Position numbers and translations under genes: made by a program. Below, piece by piece: positions 48,436 to 61,836 of a DNA stretch of 64,000 bases (the stretch's first letter is position 1; the number at the start of each line of letters is the position of its first letter). The stretch is taken from the NCBI RefSeq assembly GCF_001194135.2, contig NC_068981.1, positions 16,869,714-16,933,713 of the forward strand. Reading direction: 5' to 3'. Under the pieces are notes generated by a model that saw only the letters and a list, made by a program, of their open reading frames with translations, had not been told where the DNA came from and searched no databases. This DNA comes from Octopus bimaculoides (taxonomy: Eukaryota).

Positions 48436-51400
48436 ATATCTATCTATATATATATATATATATNNNNNNNNNNNNNNNNNNNNNNNNNNNNNNNNNNNNN
48501 NNNNNNNNNNNNNNNNNNNNNNNNNNNNNNNNNNNNNNNNNNNNNNNNNNNNNNNNNNNNNNNNNNNNNNNNNNNNNNNNNNNNNNNNNNNNNNNNNNNN
48601 NNNNNNNNNNNNNNNNNNNNNNNNNNNNNNNNNNNNNNNNNNNNNNNNNNNNNNNNNNNNNNNNNNNNNNNNNNNNNNNNNNNNNNNNNNNNNNNNNNNN
48701 NNNNNNNNNNNNNNNNNNNNNNNNNNNNNNNNNNNNNNNNNNNNNNNNNNNNNNNNNNNNNNNATATATAAGTAGTGATACGATCTTCATAAACTGGCTA
48801 TTTGAGTTAAGTTACGCAAACAATAGAGAACTGAATGAAATACCTCGAAATGGCGGCTAAATATCTCTTCTGCATCAGATTTCATATAACGCTCGATAAA
48901 ATGCATACCAGTAATATAGCATTGTTAATTCTACAGACTGTACCCATCCTAGTTCACATGTATGACTTTGTTACGATGCCAAAATTAAATGTTAGATAGC
49001 CAGTACAATGCAATTCATTAGAAAATTGAATTAAAATATGTTTTGTTAGATATATGTACAGACATCGCAGGAAATGGAGAGGATATAGTGTGAAATAGCG
49101 TGAAGATATCGAGAATCAGAATAAAACCTTGTTTGGTGGGGGAATAGAAATCGATATTCTGTGGTCTTAAATCAATAGGAACATAGGCAATTATTTCAGC
49201 GGAAAAGAATAAAACAAATCCTAACCTATCATTCCTTTGTCATGGCCCTTAATTTTGGAGAGAGAAACGTTTTCATTCGTTCGCATAACAATATTTCTAA
49301 ATTGCAAGCTTTTCAGAGACGAATGTCAGAATGTTCTTAACATGAAGCAAATTAAGAAATACATAATGAAAATAGCGGAAATAAATCGAGATAAATTATA
49401 AAACATTCTAACTTATAGCAGAATACTCTGCTATAAGATTTTATTATATAATGGAATACAACGAACACATGGAATACACAAGAAAAGAATATTGGTCTTG
49501 GTTAATAGAGGAATCTATAATAGTAGATTATAAACAACTATAATATGTGAGGAAATAGGAAAAGGTTCACGTGAAAGTACATCAGGCCCATTATTTGGAG
49601 ATTGAATCTAATATAGAATGGTTTATCCATGTGATCTTTTTCACTGGTAGAATAATTACTTGCGCAGTTTAAATGTTATCAGATGATCGAGTCAATTACA
49701 CGACTTAAAACGAGAAGAGGTATTCATTGATGGGAAATAATCCCGATTGACTTATTGTTCCCGTATCACCGTCGTACATTAATGCTGCTAAATGTAAGCG
49801 ATTGAGGGATGATCGTCAGAATATCCATAACATGGTGACAAAGAAAAATAGATTAATAAAATATAGGAAGTCACTCTCTAACAGTGTTTCTTAACGTTTT
49901 TTTTTTCTGTATTTCCTCTCTTTTCGCGCCCATCATCCTGATTCTCCCACCCACATACAATACGAAGAAGTTGGTCTTATATACGACGCAATTTATTGTG
50001 CAATATTAATAGCCTTATATTAATTTAGCATTAGCGGTCTTAAAATCAATAGCAAGGTAAATAAATCTAGGAAAATCAGTGTGAATAATGACCAAAAAAT
50101 TGTTCCACCTGAAAAAAAAGTTTCCCTGTGGAATACCCGGAAATTGTCCCTGTAATGTTGAAATTTCTTTCAAAGAATAAATTTTCTCCAGGTTAAGTAT
50201 TGCAGTTGCATTGCTGAGGCTGTTGCATTATTTGAAGCTGTTCCTAGTAATGTGAATGCCGCGTGTGATGATAAAATTACTTCACTTCCATAAATATACA
50301 TTCTTAACTTGATGATATTCTATCACTATACGTCGGCAAGGTCATTATTGTTCTTTCAGACCTATCATCAAAGATATTCCAACCGTGACCATTCCGTCTA
50401 TCTTTATATCCAATTCTCTATTGCCCAATGAGTCCTATCTTTTTTAAGACGCTATGGTATAATTTGAGGGAAAATTGTTTACTAGTTCTAGCGGACAGAA
50501 CAACCGAGATAGTGGCACCTCTCGTTAGCTTGGATTGCAGTATTCTTAAATATTCTGTTTTATGTTGTACATTTGCTAATTTGGTTATTGCTGAATATTC
50601 TATACGCGGAGTGTTTGTGCTTTCGTAGGTTGATCGTATTTCAGATGGAAGATAACATATAACGCTTTCGTTGTATAGAAACCAAATAATATTGAGTGGG
50701 TACAATGTAGAAGTTCATGTTACTGATGTCATTCTCTTAATTGTAAACTAGTACTGCTCAAGGCTCGCGTAAGACTAAAGAGAGATTGCAGAGCTAACTT
50801 GAAGCGAAGTAGAGCTGACTTAAGTCAAAACAATGAAACCAACAGCGCCATTACAATCCATGACTGTACATCTAAATGGTTGATCAAACTGCTAGAAATA
50901 ACAACCACATTTTATTCTCCTACAAATTAATAAATAAACTATTTACAGTTTAATATTTTTAAAGTAGTACTGGGTCGGAAGACAAATTTGATCCAAAAGA
51001 ATCTGAACTCAGAAAGTAATGGCTGCCGCAGCATATATTCAAATATTGTTTTACTATGTCTTTCATCTCATCATCCTTTAAATAGTATTTAGTGTGTTGT
51101 CATATTATATGTTTTATGTCTTTTACCTCATTGTCCTTTGAAGATATTTGGTCAGGTTCTTTAATGTTTCTTTCAATACATCAAGATGTTTAAGCATACC
51201 TAGTTTAGTATCTCACAGTTTCTTCATTTTTATTTCATCCCATCATCCTTTAAATAGTCACCACATATTAAATTAGACGAGAAAATGAAACAAACAAAAT
51301 ATAATGTCCAAAATCTAAGTGTTCTTCCAGGACATTCCTGTCTGACACAAAAGAATACATTAAAGGCAATACACAAAAATAGGATAATTGATTTTTAGAT

Positions 51401-52108
51401 TATATTTCTTTTCAGGTTTGGCTAAACAAGAACTCAACGGTATATATGTTGACATTTTGATTTTAAAAACAGTGTTTTCGTAGATCTTTATAGTCTCTTT
51501 TAAATATGTCATGTATATCGAGACAAGCAGTTTGTTATAAACAAACGGAAACATATATGTTATGTAAGATATTAATCCTGTAGAGAAAGGCAACTTTGTT
51601 AAGAAAGTTTAGATATATAAATAAAAGGTGGGGTGACGCCATTAATCTAACTAGGTTCACCTATCATTTGATCTTTCCCCTTTATTTATCGTCTGTTTTG
51701 AAATAATGCTACTTAATTTTAAGGGTGGGGAGGATACTTTAGTCATGAAGACATAGTTATGCAATGTTATTATTAAGTTTTACTATCCTCTATATATTTA
51801 TTATAATAGCACCAAATAGTGACTAGTGGGGTGTGATGGGACATACTACCAGACTAATGGAGGTGGTAGGTTATCGCACTGCTGGGTAGCAAGGCCTAAG
51901 ACAACACCCAGTACACCACCACCAGCCAAATCTAATATATGTGACTTGGCATGAAACTCTAGGCCTTTGAGTAACTTTTGTGATATTTTCTGCTCATAAA
52001 ATATTTCACCTATTCTGCTTTAAGTGTTCTCTTTCATTCGTCTGTTTATAAAACCAAGCATATATGTATAAATATGCATGTCTGCTAAGTATGCTTAAAT
52101 AAATAGCA

Positions 52109-52368
52109 TATATATATAATATAGGATAAAATCTTTATAAGAATTTATCAAGTAGTCAGCGTGAAAAAACCCCTAAGGAAAAAAAACTCATCGTTTTTTT
52201 CCCATAAACATATATAATTTATATAAGGGCATGTTTATAAGTGATTAATTTTGAAAAGTTGCCTTTCCTCGCTTTCGGTAAATATGTTGCTTATTTTTTG
52301 GTAGTTTTTGACTTATTTAGTCCCTCTAAGCGTGAGGCATTATTATATAGTTAATGCCCTTATATAAA

Positions 52369-52369
<1 letters not shown>
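52109..52369. mobile_element. Second copy of the 26476 element; 16-bp inverted repeats at 52217-52232 and 52354-52369
   Basis: 52109-52232 is colinear with 26476-26594; 52276-52369 is the reverse complement of 26579-26669. Confidence 0.75.
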
Positions 52370-52400
<31 letters not shown>

Positions 52401-53164
52401 CTATTTACATAAACACATGTAGCAGACGCACGTATGTGTGTGTACGTGTGTGTATGTATATATATATANNNNNNNNNNNNNNNNNNNNNNNNNNNNNNNN
52501 NNNNNNNNNNNNNNNNNNNNNNNNNNNNNNNNNNNNNNNNNNNNNNNNNNNNNNNNNNNNNNNNNNNNNNNNNNNNNNNNNNNNNNNNNNNNNNNNNNNN
52601 NNNNNNNNNNNNNNNNNNNNNNNNNNNNNNNNNNNNNNNNNNNNNNNNNNNNNNNNNNNNNNNNNNNNNNNNNNNNNNNNNNNNNNNNNNNNNNNNNNNN
52701 NNNNNNNNNNNNNNNNNNNNNNNNNNNNNNNNNNNNNNNNNNNNNNNNNNNNNNNNNNNNNNNNNNNNNNNNNNNNNNNNNNNNNNNNNNNNNNNNNNNN
52801 NNNNNNNNNNNNNNNNNNNNNNNNNNNNNNNNNNACATAACCACATGCAACAGATACACATATGTGTATGTATATACATGCATATATATGCATATATATG
52901 TGTGTGCGTGTGTGCGTGCGTGTGTGTCTGTGTGCGTGTGTCTCTGTGTGTGCGTGTGTGTGTGTGTGTGTATGCATGTATGTATATAGTGACATAAATA
53001 GGAGCGTAAATATAACGTAAAAATCATAACTACGTTAAATAGAGAACACACGACATATTGAGTGACAATTGTGAATATAGAAAGTTCAGTACCTCACATT
53101 AAATGATAGATTTCTCTTAGGCCGGACTCCCCACGCTATGTATTTGTTTAGATTCGAACTGAGA

Positions 53165-53466
53165 AGTTTACGGGTATTCAGTTCAGGATCCTACGATAGA
53201 GAGTTCGATTCCTGGCGGCGAGTTGTATAGTTGAACAAACACCTTATTTCACGTTGCCCCAGTCCACCTACCTGGAAAAATGAATTGTACCTGTATTTCA
53301 AAAGACCAGACTTGACAAACTCTGTGTCACACTGAATCTCGCTGAGACCTACGTTACGGACCTGCATCTGTGGAGTTGCAGCCACTTGCATTTTAATTTC
53401 ACGAGCAGGCTGTTCTGTTGATCGGATCAAACGAAATACTTTTTGTCGTAACCGACGGATTGCCAG
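53165..53466 (+). mobile_element. SINE family B, diverged full-length copy
   Basis: GAGTTCGATTCC, TTGAACAAACACCTTATTTC, CTCTGTGTCACACTGAATCTC, TTTCACGAGCAGGCTGTT, GTCGTAACCGACGGA. Confidence 0.8.
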
Positions 53467-54728
53467 CTAGTGGTGCTGTGTTCCTTGGTTTTTACACGGT
53501 CAAATGATTCTAGTTAGTTCTATATGAAGAATAGTGATTTTTCCTGAGTGGTAGATTGGGAATCAGCGTATGTGAATTTCTTGGGCAACAATCTATGTAA
53601 AAATAAGTGTGTTTGGTAATTAGAAGAAAAATAATTAAAAGAAAGCTCGTAGAAACATTTTAATTTGTTTCCATGATTAATCTTCTAGTTTTGCTCTTGC
53701 AACTTGGAGCTGTTACAGAACATTACATCGCACACCACAGAATAAAATTAGGTAGGAAAATACAAGAGGAAAATACATATATATCTTATAAAATTCCACA
53801 CAAAAATACAAATTTAATTACAGAAACCATACTTATATTGTTATGCAATACCAGATTTAACACGTAATGTCACACATCGAAAAATTGACACAACGTTGCT
53901 GATGTGAAAATAAATCTAATCTAACTGTGAAAATTAGACCGCACTGCACAAATCATCACGTGACTGTTCATGTATGAGCCTAAGAATCCAAAAAAACCTT
54001 TTGCGAGTAAGTCTACACGAATTGAATTAGGATTTAAGAAACAACACAAACGTCAAATGTATTCAGTTGTTAACAATGAGGTTGGGGAAGTCTAAAAACG
54101 TTGAATATGGATTTCAGAACACTTTTGTTTCAAACCAACAATAAATATGATTATAGGAATACCTGAATTATATAAAAATAAAAAAGATAAAACTTGAACA
54201 TAGTAGTGTATTTTTCGTGTATCTTATGAAACACGTATATAATCGTATGCACTAACACACGCTCACACACTCACTCACACATACATGTATACGTAGGTAT
54301 GGATGGAAAGATAGATGGATAGATGTATAAATGGGTTTTATTTCATGAAAACACAAAGTTCTTTAGCTACAAACAGCTTACGGCAATCCCAACCTGATAT
54401 ATAGAATTCGAAACTTTATGTACTAATAAGCCTTAGTTTACAAGCAAACAGTTCAATAGGAGTACCATACACATACACACATGCACGCATTCTGCCCCCC
54501 CTCCCCACACACACAGAGCTATTCACTTACATGAAGAGAATTTACAACAAAAATACACAATTAAATCCCACCTAAGTTACAGCCATTATCTCCACGCATA
54601 GTACAAACCAAATATCTTGAAAAATAAAGCAAAAAAAAACACTAAGAAAGCCAAGGAAGACAAAAGCCATTCTCAACCTTTCACTTATAATACATACATG
54701 CGCGTGTCTGCGCGTTTGCGCATGAACA

Positions 54729-54811
<83 letters not shown>

Positions 54812-55661
54812 NNNNNNNNNNNNNNNNNNNNNNNNNNNNNNNNNNNNNNNNNNNNNNNNNNNNNNNNNNNNNNNNNNNNNNNNNNNNNNNNNNNNNNNNN
54901 NNNNNNNNNNNNNNNNNNNNNNNNNNNNNNNNNNNNNNNNNNNNNNNNNNNNNNNNNNNNNNNNNNNNNNNNNNNNNNNNNNNNNNNNNNNNNNNNNNNN
55001 NNNNNNNNNNNNNNNNNNNNNNNNNNNNNNNNNNNNNNNNNNNNNNNNNNNNNNNNNNNNNNNNNNNNNNNNNNNNNNNNNNNNNNNNNNNNNNNNNNNN
55101 NNNNNNNNNNNNNNNNNNNNNTATATATATATATATATATAGTCCTTGGGTCGATATTTTTTCAACGAAAACGCTTCAAGGCGATGCCCCAGCATGGCCG
55201 TAATCCATAAAATGTAAATTGTTGCATCAATAATGAAGCAACGTTGGATCATCTCACTACACAACTAGCTTCATCAAACATATCTGGAAAATATACATCG
55301 AAACATCACTTCTAAGATCGAAATCAGAAGATGATATCGGGTTATGTATTTTTTATTGTTTGGTGGGTTTTCTAATACTATATATACACAACGTTTTGGT
55401 ACGTTGATAAAGGTTTTCGAGTAAGGTAAAACACGTGAAGTAGAAATATTCTGCTGTATCTAGTCTTTTGGCAGACGTCAAGTACTAAAATAATTATACA
55501 TAATGATGCAGACGTTACAATAGAGACATTTTTCTGACGATTTAGTATATTCCTAAACGTACAATAACATTGGTTGCCTCCAGCGTCACCATCGTATGAA
55601 AGGGAATGCAGTAAACGTATCCATATTGTTCTTAGTTTTGATATGCATATATGAGTGTTTG

Positions 55662-55757
<96 letters not shown>

Positions 55758-55892
55758 TTTGCGTGCGTGTGTATATAGATATAGAGAGAGACAGACAGAC
55801 AGAGACTTTCTTATAGACGTATATATAACGGTGATTGTGTTTTTGTACTTTTTTCATTAGAGTAATGTGTGTATTTCTGTATGTATGTATGT

Positions 55893-57194
55893 CATTGATT
55901 AGTTTTATTTCAGGATTTCTTGCCAATAGAGATTGAAGGCTCCTTCATTGGAATTTCAACATCAACATCAGGGTATTTTAGTTTGTATGTATGTCATTGT
56001 TCAGTTTTATTTCTAGATTTTTTGCCAATAGAGAAAGATCCGGTTTCTAACCAAGATCCAAGGTTCCTTCATTGGAATTTCAACATCAACAGGGTATTTT
56101 TGTATGTATGTATGTATGTATGTATGTATGTATATATAAATGTATGTATGTATATAAGCAGATTTGTATGTTTTGTTTTACGTATGTATTCTCATACATA
56201 TAGTTGCTTACCTAGACTTGCTCATATATATTTAAATGATAAACTTCTGGAATGTTTTACAGATATTTACAGTTCCAGGGATGGATCGGATCTGTAGTAT
56301 TCGAATTAACTTTCTCGTGTCTAGTTTTGAGAAGCCTAATTCCTCAAGATCGGTATATAGGCAGTGTGTTACATATCCCAGAACCCCAATAATTACAGGT
56401 ATACGCCTGAACTTGTATTCTGGATAGAGTAACTGCAGATTTCTCAATAGTTCAGCATAGGTGTTCTCTTTTTCACTGATCTTCAGCTTTATATTAACAT
56501 CTGCTGGGCAGCCAATTTCCACAACTCTGCACAGGTATTCTTCTCTATCCCAAATCATTATATCGGGTCTGTTCTGCTTATATTTTATTGAGGTTTTCAC
56601 TGGTACATTCCACCAATATTCCTTTTCATTATGAATGGCTATGGTTTCTACCATATTGTGGGTTCTTATTCCTTTGCCCTCGGGATTATCCTTCCGACGG
56701 ATTTCAATACAGAGTGTCCTAGCTACGTCATGCCTCTTCGATAGATAGTACCGTTATGACATTTTCAGGCAACTGCTTATGATGTAGATGATATCTTCAG
56801 CTTGAATTCCACAAAGTCTGCATCGGTTGTCATACTTTACGGCTTTAGCTGCATCTCTATCCCTTTTCTGCATCAGCTACTTGGTTGATATTTCCTGTTC
56901 CTGGATTGCAAACGCATACCCTTCAAAGTCGGAGGTAGTAATCCGGCTATCGGTCCATGATAAACTGCTTTGATGATCGATGTTACTATCATCACGGAGC
57001 TTTCTAATAACATATTCATGCATAGTCTTCTGCTCATACAGGCTCATCTTTTCATCTGATAATACTTTGCGGTAGAGTTGTACGACTTCTTTGGAAATGT
57101 ATTCTAGGTTGTCAGACAAAGAGTGTTGCTCAAGGAGCTGCCTTCTAAGTCTTATGATGTTATCTTCCTCATGTATGCAAACTTGGTCAAGGAA
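55893..57194 (-). mobile_element. R4-clade non-LTR retrotransposon, 5'-truncated, with intact 3' end; bounded by (ACAT)n
   Basis: ORF track plus manual join: FEGYAFAIQEQEISTK*...CRLCGIQAEDIIYIISSC...KRHD...NRPDIMIWD...VEIGCPAD...EKENTY...PVIIGVLG...KTFQKFII* (stop 56232-56234); GTAT repeats at 55879-55892 and 57195-57214. Confidence 0.9.
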
Positions 57195-59549
57195 GTATGT
57201 ATGTATGTATGTACGTTCTAGTTTTTGAAATCTTCTTATAAAGAATGATGTGATTTCTAACAAAGATACAATGTTCTATTGTTGGAATATAGATAACACA
57301 TTTGTGTTACATTTTGAACTGGAGAACATTTTTGTGTATTATTACTGTTCCGCTTATAGATTGTATTTGTAATGTGCGAGTTGGCTGTGATTTCTTTTTC
57401 TGAAAACTCTAGCTAATCCACATTGACATTCAGGAATGTACTCTGAAAACCAAGTGCATTAATTATTATTTGTATAAGTGTGAACTGGCAATTTGTTTAT
57501 AGAAGCTGTGGTTTCGATGCTGTTCGTAAATATCCTTTTTTCCTCATCAGCACGACAACTACGTATGAGTGTATAAGTGTATGTATGTATGTATGTATGT
57601 ATGTATGTATGTATGTATTACGTAGTGTGTGTATGATGTGTGTATGCATGTATTTGTGAAATCACGTGTGTATGCAATGCATATTTTATGTGTATAAGTG
57701 TGGTATGTTATGTTTGTTTGTGTATATATATTGTGTATACGTACGTATATTGAAGAGATGAATGTATGACTTTTAAGTATAAATGTGGACATAAGCAGAT
57801 ATACGTCTGCATGTATATATTTTAAATATGTGTGTTCATGTAATGTATATATATATATCTGATTGTACCTATATATATATGTGTGTATGTGTGTGTCAAG
57901 GTGTTTGTGTATGTTTGTGAGTGTATATGTTTACATGACTATGCGTCTGCATTGGCTATAGAAGCCGTGCACTCCGGAATATAAGCATACAATGATATAA
58001 ATAAACAATGTATTTACACCAAATTTCATGAAAGAAGCAAGTCTTTTATCGTATTATATTAACTTGCGGTCATTCTTTGAGAAATGGAAAGTAAACTGTG
58101 TGGTACGTTGAGCAAGTTTATTCTGTGATTTGTAGTCATTGAACATCAGTGTGTTTTGTTGTGCTTGGTAGATTGGTGGAGAATATCTTACAGTATTAGA
58201 ATATAATTACTTTCATTAGTACAGAATGTATACATATAGTATTATATAGTAAATAATCAAGCCGTCAATTATTTAAGTCGTCACAGCGTCGTATTCATTG
58301 CTTTACAGTAATCGTTCCTCATTTCTGCACTCTAATATCAAGTTTTCCTAGGTTAACGTTTCAACATTTGGGAGACAATGAATGAAGTACCACGTCTGTA
58401 TGGAGTTGACTCTTCTCTTTTTCAGTTTCTTTTTCTTTTTTCTTTTTTAGTAACTTTGTCCTTTTTGGTCCTTCTTTCTGGAAAACATTGTTGTGTTCAG
58501 ACCTGGAGAAATGATCCATGCCAGTTTTATAAATGTCAAAGACACGTTGTATGTCAGGACTGCAGAACTACGACTCCTATAAGGCTTAGAGGTACTAGGT
58601 TTTCAAAAGAAACACAGGGCTTATAATATTTTGCAAGCTATTTGGAAGGGAAGAAGAAACCTCGGACTGGAAACGTCGACTGAAGCCCTCCCTTCAAAGT
58701 TGCTGGCCCTATTCCTGCATTAGAAATAACTTCTACTGATTTTTAAAGGAGACTCCAGGAAACGCATTCAGCTAATCCAGTTCTCAAGCTATAACTCATT
58801 TCGTTGACTCTTAAAGGATGAGATGCAATATGGACACCGGCGAGATGTGCACTCACAATGTAAACAGATACAACTCATTACCAGCAGTAGGAAATTTCGA
58901 AGTCACTATCACCTTTCGTCTTGTAAATATATTTTAACTAATATGACATTTAAAATTTACCCCTGCTGCGTTGTCAGCTTTTTGTTTTCGACCTATGCAT
59001 GCATGTATGTATGTGTGTGTGTATATANNNNNNNNNNNNNNNNNNNNNNNNNNNNNNNNNNNNNNNNNNNNNNNNNNNNNNNNNNNNNNNNNNNNNNNNN
59101 NNNNNNNNNNNNNNNNNNNNNNNNNNNNNNNNNNNNNNNNNNNNNNNNNNNNNNNNNNNNNNNNNNNNNNNNNNNNNNNNNNNNNNNNNNNNNNNNNNNN
59201 NNNNNNNNNNNNNNNNNNNNNNNNNNNNNNNNNNNNNNNNNNNNNNNNNNNNNNNNNNNNNNNNNNNNNNNNNNNNNNNNNNNNNNNNNNNNNNNNNNNN
59301 NNNNNNNNNNNNNNNNNNNNNNNNNNNNNNNNNNNNNNNNNNNNNNNNNNNNNNNNNNNNNNNNNNNNNNNNNNNNNNNNNNNNNNNNNNNNNNNNNNNN
59401 NATATATATATATACATATATACGTATATGTATATATGTGTGTGTATATATATGTAAGTATGTATGCATGCATGCATGTATGTACGTCTGCATTCATACT
59501 AGTATGCATGTATTCATGCATGTGAATAAGCGTGTACGTGTGCTTGTGT

Positions 59550-59742
59550 GCACACGCTTGACAACTGTTGTTGGTTTCTTTACGTCCTAATAAATTAGCC
59601 ATTCCGCAGAAGAGCCCGGTAGGATAAGTACCAGACGTAGAAATAAAAGTAATACTTGGGTCAATCTCTTCGACTAAAGCCTCCAAGCCATTATCCCAGC
59701 ATGACCGCAGTCCTACGACTAAAACAAGCAAAAAGAATAAGA
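59550..59742 (+). mobile_element. SINE family A, degenerate 3' half
   Basis: CGCTTGACAAC...GGATAAGTACCAG...CCCAGCATGACCGCAGTC...AAACAAGCAAAAAG. Confidence 0.75.
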
Positions 59743-59988
59743 AGTGTAATAATGTATTGTCTATATAATACTTTATTGTAATGTATTTAGTATATTATAG
59801 AAGGTATCCTATCATTGTATGACAGTGTACTGCTATACTATGTAGCCGTATTGTAGAACATATATTAATACTGTAGAGTTATGTACTACTATAACATGTA
59901 GAGATATTGATTTCTAACATTCGTAACATAGCATCTAATATATATTGATTTCTCCGAGTCAAGCATATATATATATATATATATATAG

Positions 59989-60052
<64 letters not shown>

Positions 60053-60223
60053 ATTATATATATAGACACAGTAATATTATGGTATTTGCTAATAGTATAT
60101 ATACAATAATATTTATTGCATGTGATATCAAAAGTCTTTGAAATTGCTGTAATATTTATTTAGTGATATTAATATTGCAGTGTTGTGACATAGTAGAATA
60201 TGTAGTAGTAATAATAATAATAA

Positions 60224-60288
<65 letters not shown>

Positions 60289-61461
60289 AATTATGTTAAT
60301 GTAGATCATTGCGCTAGTAATGCAGATGTGATGTAAGCTACTGTATACTTTGGTGGGTTATATGATTATGTAGCACAACACAGTGGTAGCTAATATGAGA
60401 AGTTTCTTGTTATAATATATAAAGAGTTAACTATTCCACATGAACAGGAAGGTGCAATCTTATAATTCGTCTTTCCTATACATGTATATCACATTTAATG
60501 AGGTCAACAGCATGCCTCTACATAGACACAAGTCATGTTAGAAATTACATACAAATTACCCTTCTAGTTATGGTTTACCATCTCATACAAGGTCAACATT
60601 GCTTTCATTTTTTCGGGGTGTATAACAATGGTGCCAACCCATGGTGGAGGATTAGTTTCTAGCTTTAGTTTCTAGTCTCCGGGTTGAGAATACTCCCCTA
60701 ATCTCTCCCAGTATTGTCGGAAGCTGTTTAAAGGGCCTCTAACATTCCAGGTAGAGCGGGAAATTAGACATAAGTATTGACTTCCTTTTTTGATTAAAAG
60801 TTTTAAAAACAAGGGTAAGACACATAAGATCATTCAAGTCTTACATAGTCTACAAAGGGAGAGAATTGTCATGGCTTGAATGAATTTGATCATAGGTACT
60901 CTTGGTCAGGTTTGACCTTGGGCTAAATAATACTAACGACAACAGCAACTCAGTTAAAATGTTCAAAGTTACGCAATCTCGGTTAATCGTTCGCGATGGC
61001 ATCACACCTACAACAATAAGAGGGAGGAAATGTGCCTCGTGGGGTGCGTTTTGCATATAATACATACAGATTGAAGGACCTTATATACGAAATATTGTGA
61101 GTTGAGAACATTCAGTTCAGTATGATTCTGCACGATGAGAAGACAAAATTCCAACCGAGAGTCGCTGAAAAGTAACAAACATAGGACATAACTCCAATGA
61201 TACAAGACACAAGAGACTTTGGCAAAATACAAATAAAAGCGACGTAGATTGAAGTGAATAATGTCTTTCAAAGACATCGATCAGGAAAAAAAGAACGTGA
61301 CTCTGTTTTATGAGACATTACCAGAAACTACTTCCCAAGGGCAGAGTTTCCTCTAAGTTTAATCACATTTCAAATCCTATCAGTTGCTGGGGATTCATAA
61401 AACTCAAATAGTTACCACACTGAAGTACTTCTCATACTATCTCGGACGGTGTTGATGCTTG

Positions 61462-61503
<42 letters not shown>

Positions 61504-61539
61504 ATACACAAGCTTTTTAAGGTACATCCAAAAGAATAT

Positions 61540-61745
61540 TGGTTTCAAATTTTGGTACAAGGCCAGCAGGCGGTGGCTAAGTCAATTATATCAACCCAGT
61601 GCTTAACTGGTATGTATTTTATCGACCCCCAGTGAATGTAAGGCAAGTCGACCTCCGCGGCATTTGAACCCTGAACGTAAAGACTGACAAAATGCCGTTA
61701 AGCAATTTACCTGGCGCGGTAACGATTCTGCCAACTCGCCCCCTT
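61540..61745 (-). mobile_element. SINE family C, full length
   Basis: GGTTTCAAATTTTGGTACAAGGCCAGCA tail; AAGGCAAGTCGACCTC core; AACGATTCTGCCAACTCGCC head. Confidence 0.85.
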
Positions 61746-61836
61746 AACATCCAATAGATTATTATTTGAATGGTTAGCAAAGCCTCGCTCAAAGGCACAA
61801 AACATTCTCCAGCTCACATGCCTTCTGTTTCATCTA

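Larger units (their letters stand above)
8118..59400. other. 14 assembly gaps: 8118-8508, 9908-10246, 12698-12788, 16881-16890, 28331-28432, 32702-33277, 35449-35710, 37355-37364, 41275-41740, 46243-46681, 48464-48763, 52469-52834, 54812-55121, 59028-59400
   Basis: N runs, each abutting a (TA)n, (CA)n or (GT)n array on at least one side. Confidence 0.97.

Noticed and set aside
49412-49437. 10-bp-arm hairpin CTTATAGCAG-AATACT-CTGCTATAAG
   Set aside because: A single short inverted repeat is plausible by chance in 64 kb of AT-rich DNA, and it has no supporting context.
50190-50705. Non-repetitive stretch with a 95-aa ORF and possible splice sites
   Set aside because: No recognisable domain, and the candidate exon frames hit stops.
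52217-52369. Possible invertible switch flanked by 16-bp inverted repeats (segment flipped relative to the 26579 copy)
   Set aside because: It is more simply explained by an element with long inverted termini inserted in opposite orientations and truncated; there is no recombinase evidence.
58640-58705. GAAACGTC with flanking GAAGGGA/TCCCTTC pairing, hammerhead-like
   Set aside because: No CUGANGA box upstream of the GAAA.
965-59731. The many 60-260 aa ORFs rich in YI, CV, HT, LS or X
   Set aside because: They are translations of (TA)n, (GT)n, (CA)n, (CT)n, (GATA)n arrays and N-runs, with no coding signal.
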